A stretch of 64,000 nt of DNA from TPA_inf: Saccharomyces (lineage: Eukaryota): the NCBI GenBank assembly GCA_000146045.2, contig BK006946.2, positions 384,001 to 448,000 of the forward strand. The letters run 5' to 3'. Every line of letters starts with the position of its first letter. The first letter of the stretch is position 1. Below are positions 36,192-48,152 of this stretch, one piece after another. The translations under genes and the position numbers were made by a program. Under the pieces are notes generated by a model that saw nothing but the letters and a program-made list of their open reading frames with translations, searched no databases and was not told the DNA's origin.

Positions 36192-36208
36192 ACGCGTCGC
36201 GTCGCGAC
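36192..36208. promoter_or_regulatory. MCB (MluI cell-cycle box) cluster ACGCGTCGCGTCGCGAC, about 165 bp upstream of PDS5
   Basis: An exact ACGCGT followed by two overlapping CGCG cores (tacgcgtcgcgtcgcgacatg). MCB/Mbp1 sites are typical of G1/S-expressed cohesion and replication genes. Confidence 0.55.
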
Positions 36209-36587
36209 ATGTCTATAGATTAAGTCACTTTTAACGCCATCATTCCGGGTAGTGCATATTTTCCCTTGGCGGCTAAATAGATGAAAAGGTAAAAGTTTAA
36301 TCTGAGAAAAAAACTGCATTGAGGAGTCTGAAAACTGAGGATAAAACAAACAGTCGCAGTTGAGTTGTTCTTTTTCATGGAAATTCTTACTATGTACTGC
36401 ATTTAGGAGGGGAGTTCATCACACTATTATAAATTAAAATATACATCCTGCTTCTTACTAAATTATGTTTTTAACTATTCTTACTGCCGCAATTCCAAGA
36501 GGGTAGAGGGTAACTTCAGAGTCTTTACCTAAAAGGTGGGACGCCAGACGGGCGTTAAAAAACTTTCCGTAACGGCTGAGATAAAAA

Positions 36588-36661
36588 TGATTTCGCCCAG
36601 GATCGAACTGGGGACGTTCTGCGTGTTAAGCAGATGCCATAACCGACTAGACCACGAAACC
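36588..36661 (-). tRNA. tV(AAC): tRNA-Val, anticodon AAC
   Basis: The reverse complement reads GGTTTCGTGGTCTAGTCGGTTATGGCATCTGCTTAACACGCAGAACGTCCCCAGTTCGATCCTGGGCGAAATCA. It folds as a cloverleaf with the anticodon loop cTTAACAc. Box A (TGGTCTAGTCGG) and box B (GTTCGATCC) are present. Confidence 0.93.
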
Positions 36662-37483
36662 TGTTATTTGTGATGGTCTGGACCTATACTTATGGTTTTA
36701 TGGACTAAACATTTTATGTAATCTTTTATAGAAGAACATTTCTTTTTTCAGGTCAACCGTACAGGAAACTTTCCTCTAATAATAGGATCTTTTTTAATGT
36801 AGCTCTCAATATATGGCCTAAATATCATGTCCTATTCTTTTTTTGAAATATCTCCGACATTTAACAAAATAGTATTATTTCATGGCATGACCATTGAAAA
36901 TTGTGCAAGAACTTTAATTTAGGAAAGTTCATTGATTCAGGATAAATATATAAAGAAAAAGCCACTATCCCCAGAAATTTTGCTGTTGATGAAGGCTACG
37001 ATGCTGTGAATTCAGATTATAGGAGAAATTCACCTCGAGGACTTGAAATCCACATTAAGGAATCGATATTTTTACACGATAATATTATAACTTTTTCCTC
37101 TATTTTGTTTTTCTTTTAATATATTGTCATTCATCATTTTATTTCAAGCAAAATTTAAAGGTTAACATAAATTAATAGTTGCCATAATTGGGACAGAAAC
37201 TTCCATTACATCTCTAGACTTTTCTCAATCTTTATATCATCTTTTTATGTCGTATATGATAATCTTCTAGTAGTATGGAACAAGTCAAGAGATGATAGCT
37301 GATGCTTCATTTTAACAATAAAAATTCTAACGACTATTTATCACGTCTTGGCTTAGCTATAAAAGTACTATATAAACTTAGTATTTATTTTTGAAAATAC
37401 TAAACAAATTCTATCAACGAAAAACCTGGAAGGAACCTATTTACATTCCCTTTATTTTTAATTTTGAAGCTACATACAGACAT

Positions 37484-38149
37484 TCAGGATAGTAATGCTA
37501 AAGGTTCCTTAGTGTCTGATCTCTCCTCCGTCGCGAATTCCTCTCTTTCTTTTTGCTCGGTTTGTTCTCCTTGAGGCAATGATGGCAAACCTTCTGTTGA
37601 TGGCATGTTAGCTACTTTTGCGTTATTCATCTTCTCTGGATTGAGTTCACTTTCTAGAGCATCCAATTCCTTATCTAGATCGTCTTCATAATTGCTTGTT
37701 CCGACTAAGCTTCTAGATAATGTCTCGTTAATTTCATTTTGATACGCAATTTGATCTTGTACATCGTCCATCAGTTCATCAACATTGCTAAATTCCTTGT
37801 TTAGTTTTTTCAAGATTTCATTTCCATTTTTCAGTCCATTAATAAATTGCTTTTCTACCATTTTGAACTCAAGTGTTGACACCATATTTTCCAAATTAAT
37901 AAGCTGATCCGAAGCCTGCTGCAACAAATGCTCCTGATAATGAATTCTTTTTAGTAGAAATCGTACCTTCATGTTAGATTTATAATTTTCAGGATTTTTT
38001 CGTATTAGGTCTTTTAGTTGACTCTTCTCTACCAAAATCAAATTATCTGTCCTCCTCGTAAACTTATGAATTTCATCTTTAGATCGTTTTACTTCTAGGA
38101 TCGCCCTATCTGTTTTGGTTATATGCACTTTACTACTTTTTTGGCCCAT
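37484..38149 (-). CDS. VPS20: ESCRT-III subunit (Snf7/CHMP6 family), N-myristoylated, 221 aa
   Basis: An MGQKSSK N-terminus (a Gly2 myristoylation site), a coiled-coil Snf7 fold and an acidic C-terminus. Confidence 0.88.
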   Translation of the reverse strand: MGQKSSKVHITKTDRAILEVKRSKDEIHKFTRRTDNLILVEKSQLKDLIRKNPENYKSNMKVRFLLKRIHYQEHLLQQASDQLINLENMVSTLEFKMVEKQFINGLKNGNEILKKLNKEFSNVDELMDDVQDQIAYQNEINETLSRSLVGTSNYEDDLDKELDALESELNPEKMNNAKVANMPSTEGLPSLPQGEQTEQKEREEFATEERSDTKEPLALLS

Positions 38150-38502
38150 TCGATATATACAAAAGCACCAAGTGGAGTTAATTCAGCAGTCTGTACTATT
38201 TTTCCAAACTATCTATGTTTTGTTCTTTTCTATGCGCTATATTGTATCCCACAGATAGTAATTCGATTTTCGGTCTTTCTGCTCTTCGGGGTTCCATTTA
38301 TGTAGAAATAAGAACGATAGCGAAGAGGGTAAAAGATCACGAATAAAAAACGAACGCTGCGTGACAAAATCGGAGCTGTTGCGACTACCGGCAGGATTGA
38401 TTGCTAATGTTCTTTATTTACTTCTTTTAGATTTCTATGTAAGCTGCTGGTCCATATACAAGTATGCTTCTTAAGAGAGACTGCGTATATATCTTACGTC
38501 AT

Positions 38503-40728
38503 TTATTCCCACAGGTTATTCCAAGTCACATTTTTCCTGACAGCGTTAGAGAACCCCTCATTGTATTTCACCCATATTTTAACCGTTTGATTGCAGTCAT
38601 CTGCTTGGTTGGTTTCGTCTGATCCAATAGTTTTTTGTGTCTCTTCCAATTCCTGAGTTTGCTTCAATAATCCGTACTGATTCTTGAAAAAGTCGATTGT
38701 ACTTGAGGAAGAATTTAACCCAGTTTTGACTTTTTTGCTATGCATTTCCTGTGACTGTAGTCTATCCTCAGTCACTTGGTCTATATGCCTTTTCTTGGCC
38801 CGGTTTTCCTCAATCTTTGCTAACAGTGAACTCAAATTATTAGCCCGTTTATGTTGGACTTCGTTAATATGTTTAGGATTTAACAATACGACTTCATCGA
38901 TTGGGGGATCGATTGTTAGGCCACCCCTTACATCAAATCCTTCTGACCGATTTTGGATTAGATTCAGTTGAAAGCTTTTCAGCAATTGAACTAATTCCTC
39001 CATGATGGCTTGTTTGAGTTTCAGGTTCCTTATTTTATTAAAATCGGAAGAGATCATCGAATCTAGATATGGTAGTATTTCAAAGATTAACGATTTTCTA
39101 TCCGTAAAACTTGCCATTAGTGGGGACTGAACCGAGATATGTCTCATAATCAGACTAACTATATCTGAATTGGCTCGTTTTAATTCACGTTGTTCGTATT
39201 CACTATTCTTCATTCTAATATCATCTTTGTTTGCGATATCGCCAAACGTTTGGAAGAAGACTAGGGGCACAAGGGCGGAGTAACGTAACAATTCGCCATT
39301 ATGCGCATACATTGATTGGTACATTAAATCATGGAAAAATAGCCAATCTGAAATGTTTGCTGGCTTTCTTATACCATTGTCGGAATATTTTACGTAGGGA
39401 AATATATTAAAACAGCCTTGCAATATCCTGTCAGAGTTACCATTAAGCTCTACTTGGTTTAGCAATTCATAAAACTGCTCCTTTATATCACGATGTGGAT
39501 CCTTTCTAAACAATTGGTTCACGATTTTAAACCATGATATGGGGGAGTCCTTGTTGGATGACGCCCACGTATTTTTTGCACAAGCAGGTTTATCTGATGC
39601 AGAGGAATCTCTTGAATCAACATTCGAGGCCAAGAATTGTAAATTGTTTATACAATTCCTTACGTCACCTTGAGCCAAATCAATTAAGTCATTGATTGCT
39701 TTTATAGGAATATTCATGTTTTCTTTATGGCAGATAAGGTTCAATCGCTCTAGTAGGGTAGTATCGGAAGGTCTTTTCACAGCAATAATTTCACAGAATG
39801 GTTTCAGCTTTTCCAAAGAAGGAGCATATAGATTATTGCAAATACAAATAATAGGTCGCGTAAGCAATTTAGACCTTTTCTTTTTGCGCTTTTTGTCCTT
39901 TTTATCTGGTTGACCGTATAATAGTTTATTAGTGGCTTTAATATCGCTTTGCATAATGTCAACTAAAATTCTAATAAATCCACTCTCAATACTTCCATCA
40001 ATCTCATCCGCCACTAAGCACACAGGATTTGTATCGAAAGTATGATTGAATAAAAGATTATATATTTTCTCTTTTACCATAGGTCCAGCCCTTTCATCAC
40101 TTGCATTGATTTCTGAGACAGAAAACCCTGATTGTTTGGCAATAACGTGAGCTACTGAGGTTTTGCCTATTCCTGGTGGCCCGTGCAGTAGTAAAATTTT
40201 CTTTGGTGGCCTTTTCAATGGATCGAGTTCCATATCACTGACCTCTTTTTCGGTTGGCAATTTGGGTAATTGCTCTTTAAACACAGCCGGCGTCCATTGT
40301 CTCAACCAACCTAACATTCTCCTGTTTGTCTTTTCATTACCAACCAAATCTAGAAATTTTTTAGGACGCCATTTCTCTACCCAGAGTGTGTCGCTACCTA
40401 TCTTGCCAGTTATAGGTGAAGTCTTTTGTGCGTTAGTGCGGTCATCGCCAGATGCCTCAATTTTGTCTAACAAATAGTTTATATTGATGCCGTACGTGTC
40501 GTCTGATCTCCAAACAGTATCTGGGTTAGTGTATAGACTAATATTCCCGGTTGCTAACTTCGCAGGCTTCTTCTTTAATTGAACCGTTTCGCCAGTACTT
40601 GATACAAACGCGTGAATATCTTCCTCATTAATACCAATTGCATTATTACCAGGGGCTTGTTCTATATCACCAGTATCAAAAAGGGAACTTCTCCCTAGTG
40701 AACCAATGTATGGTGCGGTATCAACCAT
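38503..40728 (-). CDS. CTF18: Alternative RFC large subunit for cohesion establishment (AAA+), 741 aa; the start is taken at Met12 of the ORF-track frame
   Basis: A Walker A motif, LLHGPPGIGKTS, in an RFC-like AAA+ domain. The 752-aa ORF-track frame minus 11 residues gives the known 741 aa. Confidence 0.85.
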   Translation of the reverse strand: MVDTAPYIGSLGRSSLFDTGDIEQAPGNNAIGINEEDIHAFVSSTGETVQLKKKPAKLATGNISLYTNPDTVWRSDDTYGININYLLDKIEASGDDRTNAQKTSPITGKIGSDTLWVEKWRPKKFLDLVGNEKTNRRMLGWLRQWTPAVFKEQLPKLPTEKEVSDMELDPLKRPPKKILLLHGPPGIGKTSVAHVIAKQSGFSVSEINASDERAGPMVKEKIYNLLFNHTFDTNPVCLVADEIDGSIESGFIRILVDIMQSDIKATNKLLYGQPDKKDKKRKKKRSKLLTRPIICICNNLYAPSLEKLKPFCEIIAVKRPSDTTLLERLNLICHKENMNIPIKAINDLIDLAQGDVRNCINNLQFLASNVDSRDSSASDKPACAKNTWASSNKDSPISWFKIVNQLFRKDPHRDIKEQFYELLNQVELNGNSDRILQGCFNIFPYVKYSDNGIRKPANISDWLFFHDLMYQSMYAHNGELLRYSALVPLVFFQTFGDIANKDDIRMKNSEYEQRELKRANSDIVSLIMRHISVQSPLMASFTDRKSLIFEILPYLDSMISSDFNKIRNLKLKQAIMEELVQLLKSFQLNLIQNRSEGFDVRGGLTIDPPIDEVVLLNPKHINEVQHKRANNLSSLLAKIEENRAKKRHIDQVTEDRLQSQEMHSKKVKTGLNSSSSTIDFFKNQYGLLKQTQELEETQKTIGSDETNQADDCNQTVKIWVKYNEGFSNAVRKNVTWNNLWE

Positions 40729-40827
40729 GATCCCTGACCTTACATCCACCTTTTGGGTCAAATAGTGTACACATTAGGAATAAAATATATGAAATCATGT
40801 TTATTTACGTGTTAGATGTTCCGTACA

Positions 40828-40833
40828 ACGCGA
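40828..40833. promoter_or_regulatory. MCB-like ACGCGA element, about 100 bp upstream of CTF18
   Basis: A direct read of acaacgcgactgg. It matches the consensus ACGCGN, and CTF18 is an S-phase gene. Confidence 0.35.
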
Positions 40834-40988
40834 CTGGCTAGTTCGTTTTTTCCACATTTTTTTTTTCAACGTTGATCAACAATAAAATGGTACATCTTCC
40901 TTTGTTTGTGTCTTAAGTGTCCTTTCCTGGTATATCGCTTGACCAGCGCCTGTAGCATCAAACCAAACCTTCATCGCCCTAAAACACA

Positions 40989-42059
<1,071 letters not shown>

Positions 42060-42711
42060 TATTATTTTTAAAGACATTTTTTTTTCGAGAGAGAAAAGAG
42101 GAGTTCTAAGTAACGATATTTTACAACTGAGATAAGTACAAGTATGCTTATTTACTCTATTCTACTTTTTTGAATAGGCATAGTTCACACTTTTATCTCC
42201 TTAGTTTGTACTACTCTTTTTTTATTTTTTTTTTTTCTTCCACTCAGCTATTAGATTATTTATTATTTTATTATCTGTGGTATCATTTTCTACAGCCATA
42301 CCTTGATTTTAGTTTATTTTGTTGGCAGTTATATACATTTATCTTATAGAATACATATGCACGTATTAAACAATAAAAAGAACATAAGCAAAAATGAAAC
42401 CTCGCTACAATAAAACTTTATTACGCATTGCAGTGCGCCGTAAAGAGTATTCATTAGAAGTACAATGGTAGCCCTATTTGGTTGCAACATGTTTTAGCAA
42501 AGAGATTAGTAGGCTAGGATATCAAGTCCATGCCCCTTTATCACATACTGTAATGATAGATGCACCTCCGGAAAAGTAAAAAAAGTTTTTCAGGTTACAA
42601 TTGTGCAAATTGCGAGTCTATCTCGAATAATTTTGCAGCGCTCATTTCACGGTTGAGCCGTTTTGTATCACAAGCCAAGTTTAACATTTTATTTTAACAG
42701 GGTTCACCGAA

Positions 42712-45627
42712 TTATATTCCCAAATTGCTGAAGTCTTTTGACAATTCATGCTTTTGTTCTTCTCTCTGTAACTCTCTCGCGAAGTTAGAGTTCAAATGAG
42801 AAGCCTCCTCCTGGTACAAATTTCTATCGTCAATTTCATTGCGATTTTGCTTTTGAGAAAAAGCACTTTTAAAATTCTCAAAATTCCAATATTCATTATT
42901 GATGTAAGAAGAAAGTTCTGTGTTGTCAACAAATGCATTACCAAAGTCCCCAATTTGACCACTGAATGACACCATACTCTGTGCATCAAAATCCTGGAAC
43001 TTCGGAAAGTCACCCATTTCAGATTCTACGTTAAATTGAGCGTTCATTGGCCGTTCAGTCTTTCTTGGCTGAGGACGAACTAATTGAACAGTGCATAACT
43101 GTAAGTTATCCAACGTACCTTCGACTAAACAACCCTTCTCTCTGAAGTGGATTAACAGATGGTTCCATAATGTGTTTCTTGCCAAAGATCTAGGATTACC
43201 AAGAATAACTAGACCATATTTGGCACGGGTTAGACCCACGTTTAGACGACGAGGATCACGTAAGAAACCAATGGCCTGTTGTTCATTGGCACGAACACAC
43301 GATAAGATTATGTAATCCTTTTCACGACCTTGGAATGCATCAACTGAGGCAACTTCCACTTTGATATACAAATCCTTATCCAATGAACCATTCATTTGCA
43401 TATATTGTAAAATATAAGCTCTTTGTCCCTCATATGGTGTGATAACACCAATTTGCTCGGGCTTGACACCGTCTCTGAAAAGTTTAGTGATGATTCGTTC
43501 ACAATTCATGGCTTCAATTCTGTTTAAGAAGGAAGTACCGTTAGCAGAAATCTCCTCTCTACCGTAATTGGCCCAAAACATCATTGGTATACCGCGAATT
43601 GGCCATGGGAATTTGCTGTTGGGAACGGTACGCTGTTCAATCGTTACACCATTTTGTAGGCTGCCTTCATAAAACATGTTACTTGGAAACTCACTCAAAT
43701 AAGGATTCATACGGTATTGAACTTCCAAACGAATCGGTACGTGGCCTAGAGAGATTAATCTTTCAAAGAGAGATTGTTTCAAACCAGCGTCTGCCGCCTT
43801 TCGTTCCAATATGACTGGGCCCAGTTGCTGGTGATCACCAACAAGTATAACTTGTTTCGCACCTTTAACGATTGGGATTAAACATTCCGGCTCAGAAGCT
43901 TGAGTACTTTCATCAATTAACACAGTCCTAAATTTAGTGTCTAAGCGCTTATCACCAGCACCAACACATGTGCAACATACGACATCTGCCTTATTGAGAA
44001 TTTCTGCTTCTGTTTTCCTTACTAATTTAACAAACCGTTTTGTATCAGAAGCAGATAATTCGCCAACTTCATCCTTTAACTTTAATAGGTTTTTTAATTC
44101 CCCTTTAGCACCACGGCCAACCAAATTATGCAATGCTAAGTTGGAGACGGAACTCTCCACATCTTCTCTACTTTTCGCGGTAAGTCTAACAACTTTTAAA
44201 CCCAAGTCACGTAATTTGGCAGCCAAATGATCTACAGCAACGTTTGATGGGGCACACACCAATATTCTATCCTTGTGTATTTTGGAAAGGTGATACACAA
44301 TCGTTGCTGAAGTAACTGTTTTACCAGTGCCTGGTGGGCCTTGAATTAAAGATAACGGACGTTGTAATACATGACTAACAGCGTTCGACTGGGATGAGTT
44401 TAATTGTGCAAAATTCGGAATTGAAAACTCCTTAGGTAATGGGACATCAAATGAAATGTCAACCACTTGATGGCCTAAAATTTTATAGTACAAATAACCT
44501 GAAATAGATTTTTTATCAATGGCAAATTTTTTCAATGCGTCTTGCATCCTGTCATAAGAGGTACCTTTCCAGATGAACTCAGCAGTAAAACCAGTGGTCA
44601 AATGTGTTGGAGGTGGCGTTTTACTTGGTTTTAACTCTAATGTGAATGTGTCCTGGAAGCTATTTGGTAACCGAACAATGTAACCACGACCTTCCCAATC
44701 AGGATGTTGCATGCCAGAGTACCATAGTATCATTTCATCACCGATGGCAACTTTCAACTCGTTAGATTCGAAAGTAGATAAAGTGAAAGATGCTAAATGC
44801 CTATTATTTAAAGCTAAGGACCATGAAACAGAAATATGTTCTAAAGCTTGAGATTCCTTGAGTTGTTTATCATAGTCGGCCTCCAATTTGATTAAAGGCC
44901 CGTAAGATCTTTGGTATTCGTAGGCGTCTTGATATCTCAATAGTAAAGGTGGGATTGCTTCCTGTTCCTCTGGGGCGTCAATATCATTAATTGTAGCGTC
45001 TTTATTGGATCTCCATTTTGCCTCCAACTTGGAAATTTGGCTAGGAGTGATTAAACGAGCTTTCAATTTTTCTTCTTCAGTTGGTTGCTCTGCGACCCAT
45101 GATAAAAGTTGTCTGTCTTCAATTAATGGTTGCCATTGATCAGTATCCCAGTTCGCATTTTTCGTCTGGGCACAAGGTATTCTACAAAGTAAAACAACCA
45201 CGGCCTCACTTTTAGCGGAAACAAATCCCAATAAAAACACGTTCTTACGTCCACAGTTATAACATTCCAAAACGGTATCCCCTAAGTCAGAATCTGGATG
45301 TAAAGAAACTACGTTATGGTGGGATAAAACTAAGTGATTAACAATGTGGGAGCTGCTTGTACCGTTTTTAGTGTTACAAAACCATTTCTTACATGAATTA
45401 CATTTGATGACACACTTTGCAGAATCTATACCACAATACGCACATGAATTGTCTGAAGCTGAAGGCGAACGGAATCCAGTCTCAGTGACTTGAGCCTCTT
45501 CAAATAGCTGATTATCTACATCGTCATCCTCCACCAAGGTGGAATTTAGTTGTGTTGCGGGTTGGACATTTACATCAGATGGAGAGTTTGATATATCATA
45601 AGGAGTGTGAGAACCGGAACCGACCAT
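42712..45627 (-). CDS. NAM7: NMD RNA helicase Upf1 (SF1 helicase with CH zinc-knuckle domain), 971 aa; the start is taken at Met28 of the ORF-track frame
   Basis: A Cys/His-rich N-terminal domain (CAYCGI…CNSCKKWFCN…), Walker [12 protein letters not shown] and SF1 helicase motifs (DESTQ, VILVGDHQQLGP). Confidence 0.92.
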   Translation of the reverse strand: MVGSGSHTPYDISNSPSDVNVQPATQLNSTLVEDDDVDNQLFEEAQVTETGFRSPSASDNSCAYCGIDSAKCVIKCNSCKKWFCNTKNGTSSSHIVNHLVLSHHNVVSLHPDSDLGDTVLECYNCGRKNVFLLGFVSAKSEAVVVLLCRIPCAQTKNANWDTDQWQPLIEDRQLLSWVAEQPTEEEKLKARLITPSQISKLEAKWRSNKDATINDIDAPEEQEAIPPLLLRYQDAYEYQRSYGPLIKLEADYDKQLKESQALEHISVSWSLALNNRHLASFTLSTFESNELKVAIGDEMILWYSGMQHPDWEGRGYIVRLPNSFQDTFTLELKPSKTPPPTHLTTGFTAEFIWKGTSYDRMQDALKKFAIDKKSISGYLYYKILGHQVVDISFDVPLPKEFSIPNFAQLNSSQSNAVSHVLQRPLSLIQGPPGTGKTVTSATIVYHLSKIHKDRILVCAPSNVAVDHLAAKLRDLGLKVVRLTAKSREDVESSVSNLALHNLVGRGAKGELKNLLKLKDEVGELSASDTKRFVKLVRKTEAEILNKADVVCCTCVGAGDKRLDTKFRTVLIDESTQASEPECLIPIVKGAKQVILVGDHQQLGPVILERKAADAGLKQSLFERLISLGHVPIRLEVQYRMNPYLSEFPSNMFYEGSLQNGVTIEQRTVPNSKFPWPIRGIPMMFWANYGREEISANGTSFLNRIEAMNCERIITKLFRDGVKPEQIGVITPYEGQRAYILQYMQMNGSLDKDLYIKVEVASVDAFQGREKDYIILSCVRANEQQAIGFLRDPRRLNVGLTRAKYGLVILGNPRSLARNTLWNHLLIHFREKGCLVEGTLDNLQLCTVQLVRPQPRKTERPMNAQFNVESEMGDFPKFQDFDAQSMVSFSGQIGDFGNAFVDNTELSSYINNEYWNFENFKSAFSQKQNRNEIDDRNLYQEEASHLNSNFARELQREEQKHELSKDFSNLGI

Positions 45628-46078
45628 TTGATAATGACAATGATTGATGTAATATAAAAAGTATATTCGGTCTTGCTGCCCTTCCTTCTTTCCTGATGAA
45701 ATCTTCAACGTTTGTTGGCTGACAAGAGAAATAGAGTCTTCTGTTAGTGTGCGTTAAAACGATGCCTCTTTTCGCTTTTTTTTTCTCCTTCACAATAGCA
45801 TCGTAAGTTTCTGGTAAGCTTTTCATTTGATCAGTTAGTACGAAAGCGTATAAAGGTGTCCCTCCCAAATCAAGTAAGCAAAGGGAAACTGATGATACTA
45901 AAATAATGTAAATTAAGATTAAACTAAAGTTAAAAGTAAAAGCATTCACTCGTTTAATATTATTGAGTGGATAGTAACTAACTATGTATATTTTCTTTTT
46001 GTTTTTCTTATTTCCCGTTCATGAATTCATTAAAAGTTAGGCGAATTACGGAGTTCGCCAGATGCATATGTTTCGTTT

Positions 46079-47098
46079 TCAATTGGAGAATGAACTCGCT
46101 AGTGACAATTTTATGAATGATTTTCTCCTGGGATTCCTTTCCTCCAGGCAATTAGAAGTGTGAGGACTAGATTCTTCGTTAGAAGAAGCCACACTAGTAT
46201 TCAATGAACTATTGGAAGGAGATTTCACCAAAGAGTTGGAATACGAGTTGTTTCTAGTCTGCAAGGGAGAGGAAGAGGAACCATTGGAAAGAAGCGAAAA
46301 GGATTCTCTTCTTAGATTTGATGGCGTTCGTTCTCTGTGATAGTGGTTAAGGTTTCCACTGTGACCTGGGACGTTATTTGATGATATTTTCCCATGGGAA
46401 ATCAATTTTAGTCGATTATTCTTTTCGTTGGAGAGATAAGACGACGGATATGCAGCCGAACTTGAATTCAGATTCAAATACGAGTTGGAATTCGAGGCGG
46501 GTGTTGAAACAGATGTTAATGGGGAAGTGAGATCATTTGACTGGTCGTTAGCTACTGCTAGAGAGTCTAGCTCGGATGAAACGTATTTTTCAAGGCCGTA
46601 TAGATGTGTTGGTATACCGTAACAGGAAGAATGCCTGGATCTTGGCTTTATGCATTTGTGGTCAAAACAGGAATCCGCCGCGTCGCCCAAGGAAGACTGT
46701 CTTGTGGATTGTCTGGACAACTGGTGAATGAGGGTGCTACTATTTGCTCTTATTCTTCTTGGAGAAGGGCGAATTGGTTCATTGGAATTGTTCGTTGAAT
46801 TTGCTGGGACGAAGCCATACAAGTGATGCGGAGCTGTCTTGATTTTTCTCAAATGGTGGCCAATAGTATGATTGCCTATGTGTCTGCTTGTATTACCGGC
46901 ATTGGTACTGCTGCTGTGGTGAGAATTATTTGATTTCGAGGAATTTTGAAAACTAAAGGACGCTAATTTGGAATTTACAAAATCATTCAAATCATTTGAA
47001 CCTAAAAAACTTTGTACGTCTGTTTCATCTTCATAATCACAATCTTGACAAAATGGATCTTGTACACCTCTTTCAAAAATTTCTGAAGCAATCATCAA
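46079..47098 (-). CDS. ISF1: Ser/Asn-rich low-complexity protein (Mbr1 paralog), about 338 aa
   Basis: A 338/339-aa ORF (two adjacent ATGs) with S/N-rich disordered sequence. Confidence 0.65.
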   Translation of the reverse strand: MMIASEIFERGVQDPFCQDCDYEDETDVQSFLGSNDLNDFVNSKLASFSFQNSSKSNNSHHSSSTNAGNTSRHIGNHTIGHHLRKIKTAPHHLYGFVPANSTNNSNEPIRPSPRRIRANSSTLIHQLSRQSTRQSSLGDAADSCFDHKCIKPRSRHSSCYGIPTHLYGLEKYVSSELDSLAVANDQSNDLTSPLTSVSTPASNSNSYLNLNSSSAAYPSSYLSNEKNNRLKLISHGKISSNNVPGHSGNLNHYHRERTPSNLRRESFSLLSNGSSSSPLQTRNNSYSNSLVKSPSNSSLNTSVASSNEESSPHTSNCLEERNPRRKSFIKLSLASSFSN

Positions 47099-47768
47099 AA
47101 TACAGCGACTATTTCTATTCTTTGATGTTTTTTATTCCACTGAGGAGATAATTATTCAAACTGAAATATTTTACGCAAACCTTTCTATTTATGTGTATTA
47201 CCTTTAATCTAAGTGGTTGTAGCTCATACACTTATTATAATTGGTAGAGAAAGAAGAAAAGAAAAAAAGACAAATTTAAGTAGACTTGAATAAAAGTAAG
47301 ATAGAAAGAGATGTGAGATTTTCAGATGTTTGCTTACAGAAAAAACAAGAGTTCTTAAACATCAAGAAATCGGTAAAAGTGTAATTGTATTTATAATAGT
47401 GAGTTTCGGAACTTAAAAATCCGTTTCCCCGTCAAGAGAAGCAAAGATCAGTTCATATAGTGATTTCCCTTAAAAAGTTACCACAGCTTCTGAATTAACT
47501 GTAATCCTTATCTACTAGTATCAACCAACCCTTGTGTTTTTTTTTTTTCACACTTCCTCTAGGAAAAAATCCAGGAGTAAGACGGCGTTTTTTTCAAATT
47601 TTCTTTCTCCAGTTTTTCCATGCTGGGTTTCTTTTCGTTAATAGTGGTGGGTAAAAGAAAACGTACGAATAAAATGCTGAATGTAGAACATACTGTAGGC
47701 TCATTAATACACAGTAGAACGCAGACCCATTCGAGGGGCTCATTGGAAACACGTAGTCGACATTAGTT

Positions 47769-48152
47769 CTAGATAATCCGCTTGATGGGCCACATATGGT
47801 AATGGCTTCTCGAAGCAGATGTTACGAGCCGCCAGAACGAGGCGGTGGCATCTGCCTCGCGCTGTTTTCTAGCGGCAGAGAAAACCCGTAGATATGTTTC
47901 TAATGCGCGTGTGCGGGGAATTTCGTTGTCACGTTGTTTTGGTAAGTTCCTTCGCTTTCTCGTAAAAATAAGTAAAAATCCGGGGAAACTATTATTTGCG
48001 GTTCGAAATAAAAGCATTTTAATTTCCTTCCTTGGCACATTTCTTGGCCACGGATGACCTAAAACATTGCCAAATAAAAAGGGGTAAGAGAACTTTTGTC
48101 TTATAGTTATTTCAGCGATAGTCATTCTTCCAGTTTCTGTTTTGTAGGACAA
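47769..48152 (-). CDS. Small basic protein of unknown function, 127 aa (YMR082C)
   Basis: An intact 127-aa ORF with no recognisable domain. It lies at the edge of a long gene-free interval. Confidence 0.45.
   Translation of the reverse strand: MSYKTETGRMTIAEITIRQKFSYPFLFGNVLGHPWPRNVPRKEIKMLLFRTANNSFPGFLLIFTRKRRNLPKQRDNEIPRTRALETYLRVFSAARKQREADATASFWRLVTSASRSHYHMWPIKRII

Noticed and set aside
36662-36690. TGTTAT… immediately 5' of the tRNA, as a possible sigma (Ty3 LTR) terminus
   Set aside because: Sigma elements sit 16-19 bp from the mature tRNA 5' end and begin TGTTGTATCTCAAAATGAGATATG. This sequence starts 1 bp from the tRNA and does not continue the sigma consensus.
47990-48025. A CDEIII-like centromere motif (ttgcggttcgaaataaaag, resembling TGTTTATGNTTTCCGAAANNNAAAAA)
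   Set aside because: The essential central CCG is TCG here. There is no flanking 78-86 bp, >90% AT CDEII or a CDEI (RTCACRTG) at the correct spacing. The region is the 5' end of YMR082C.
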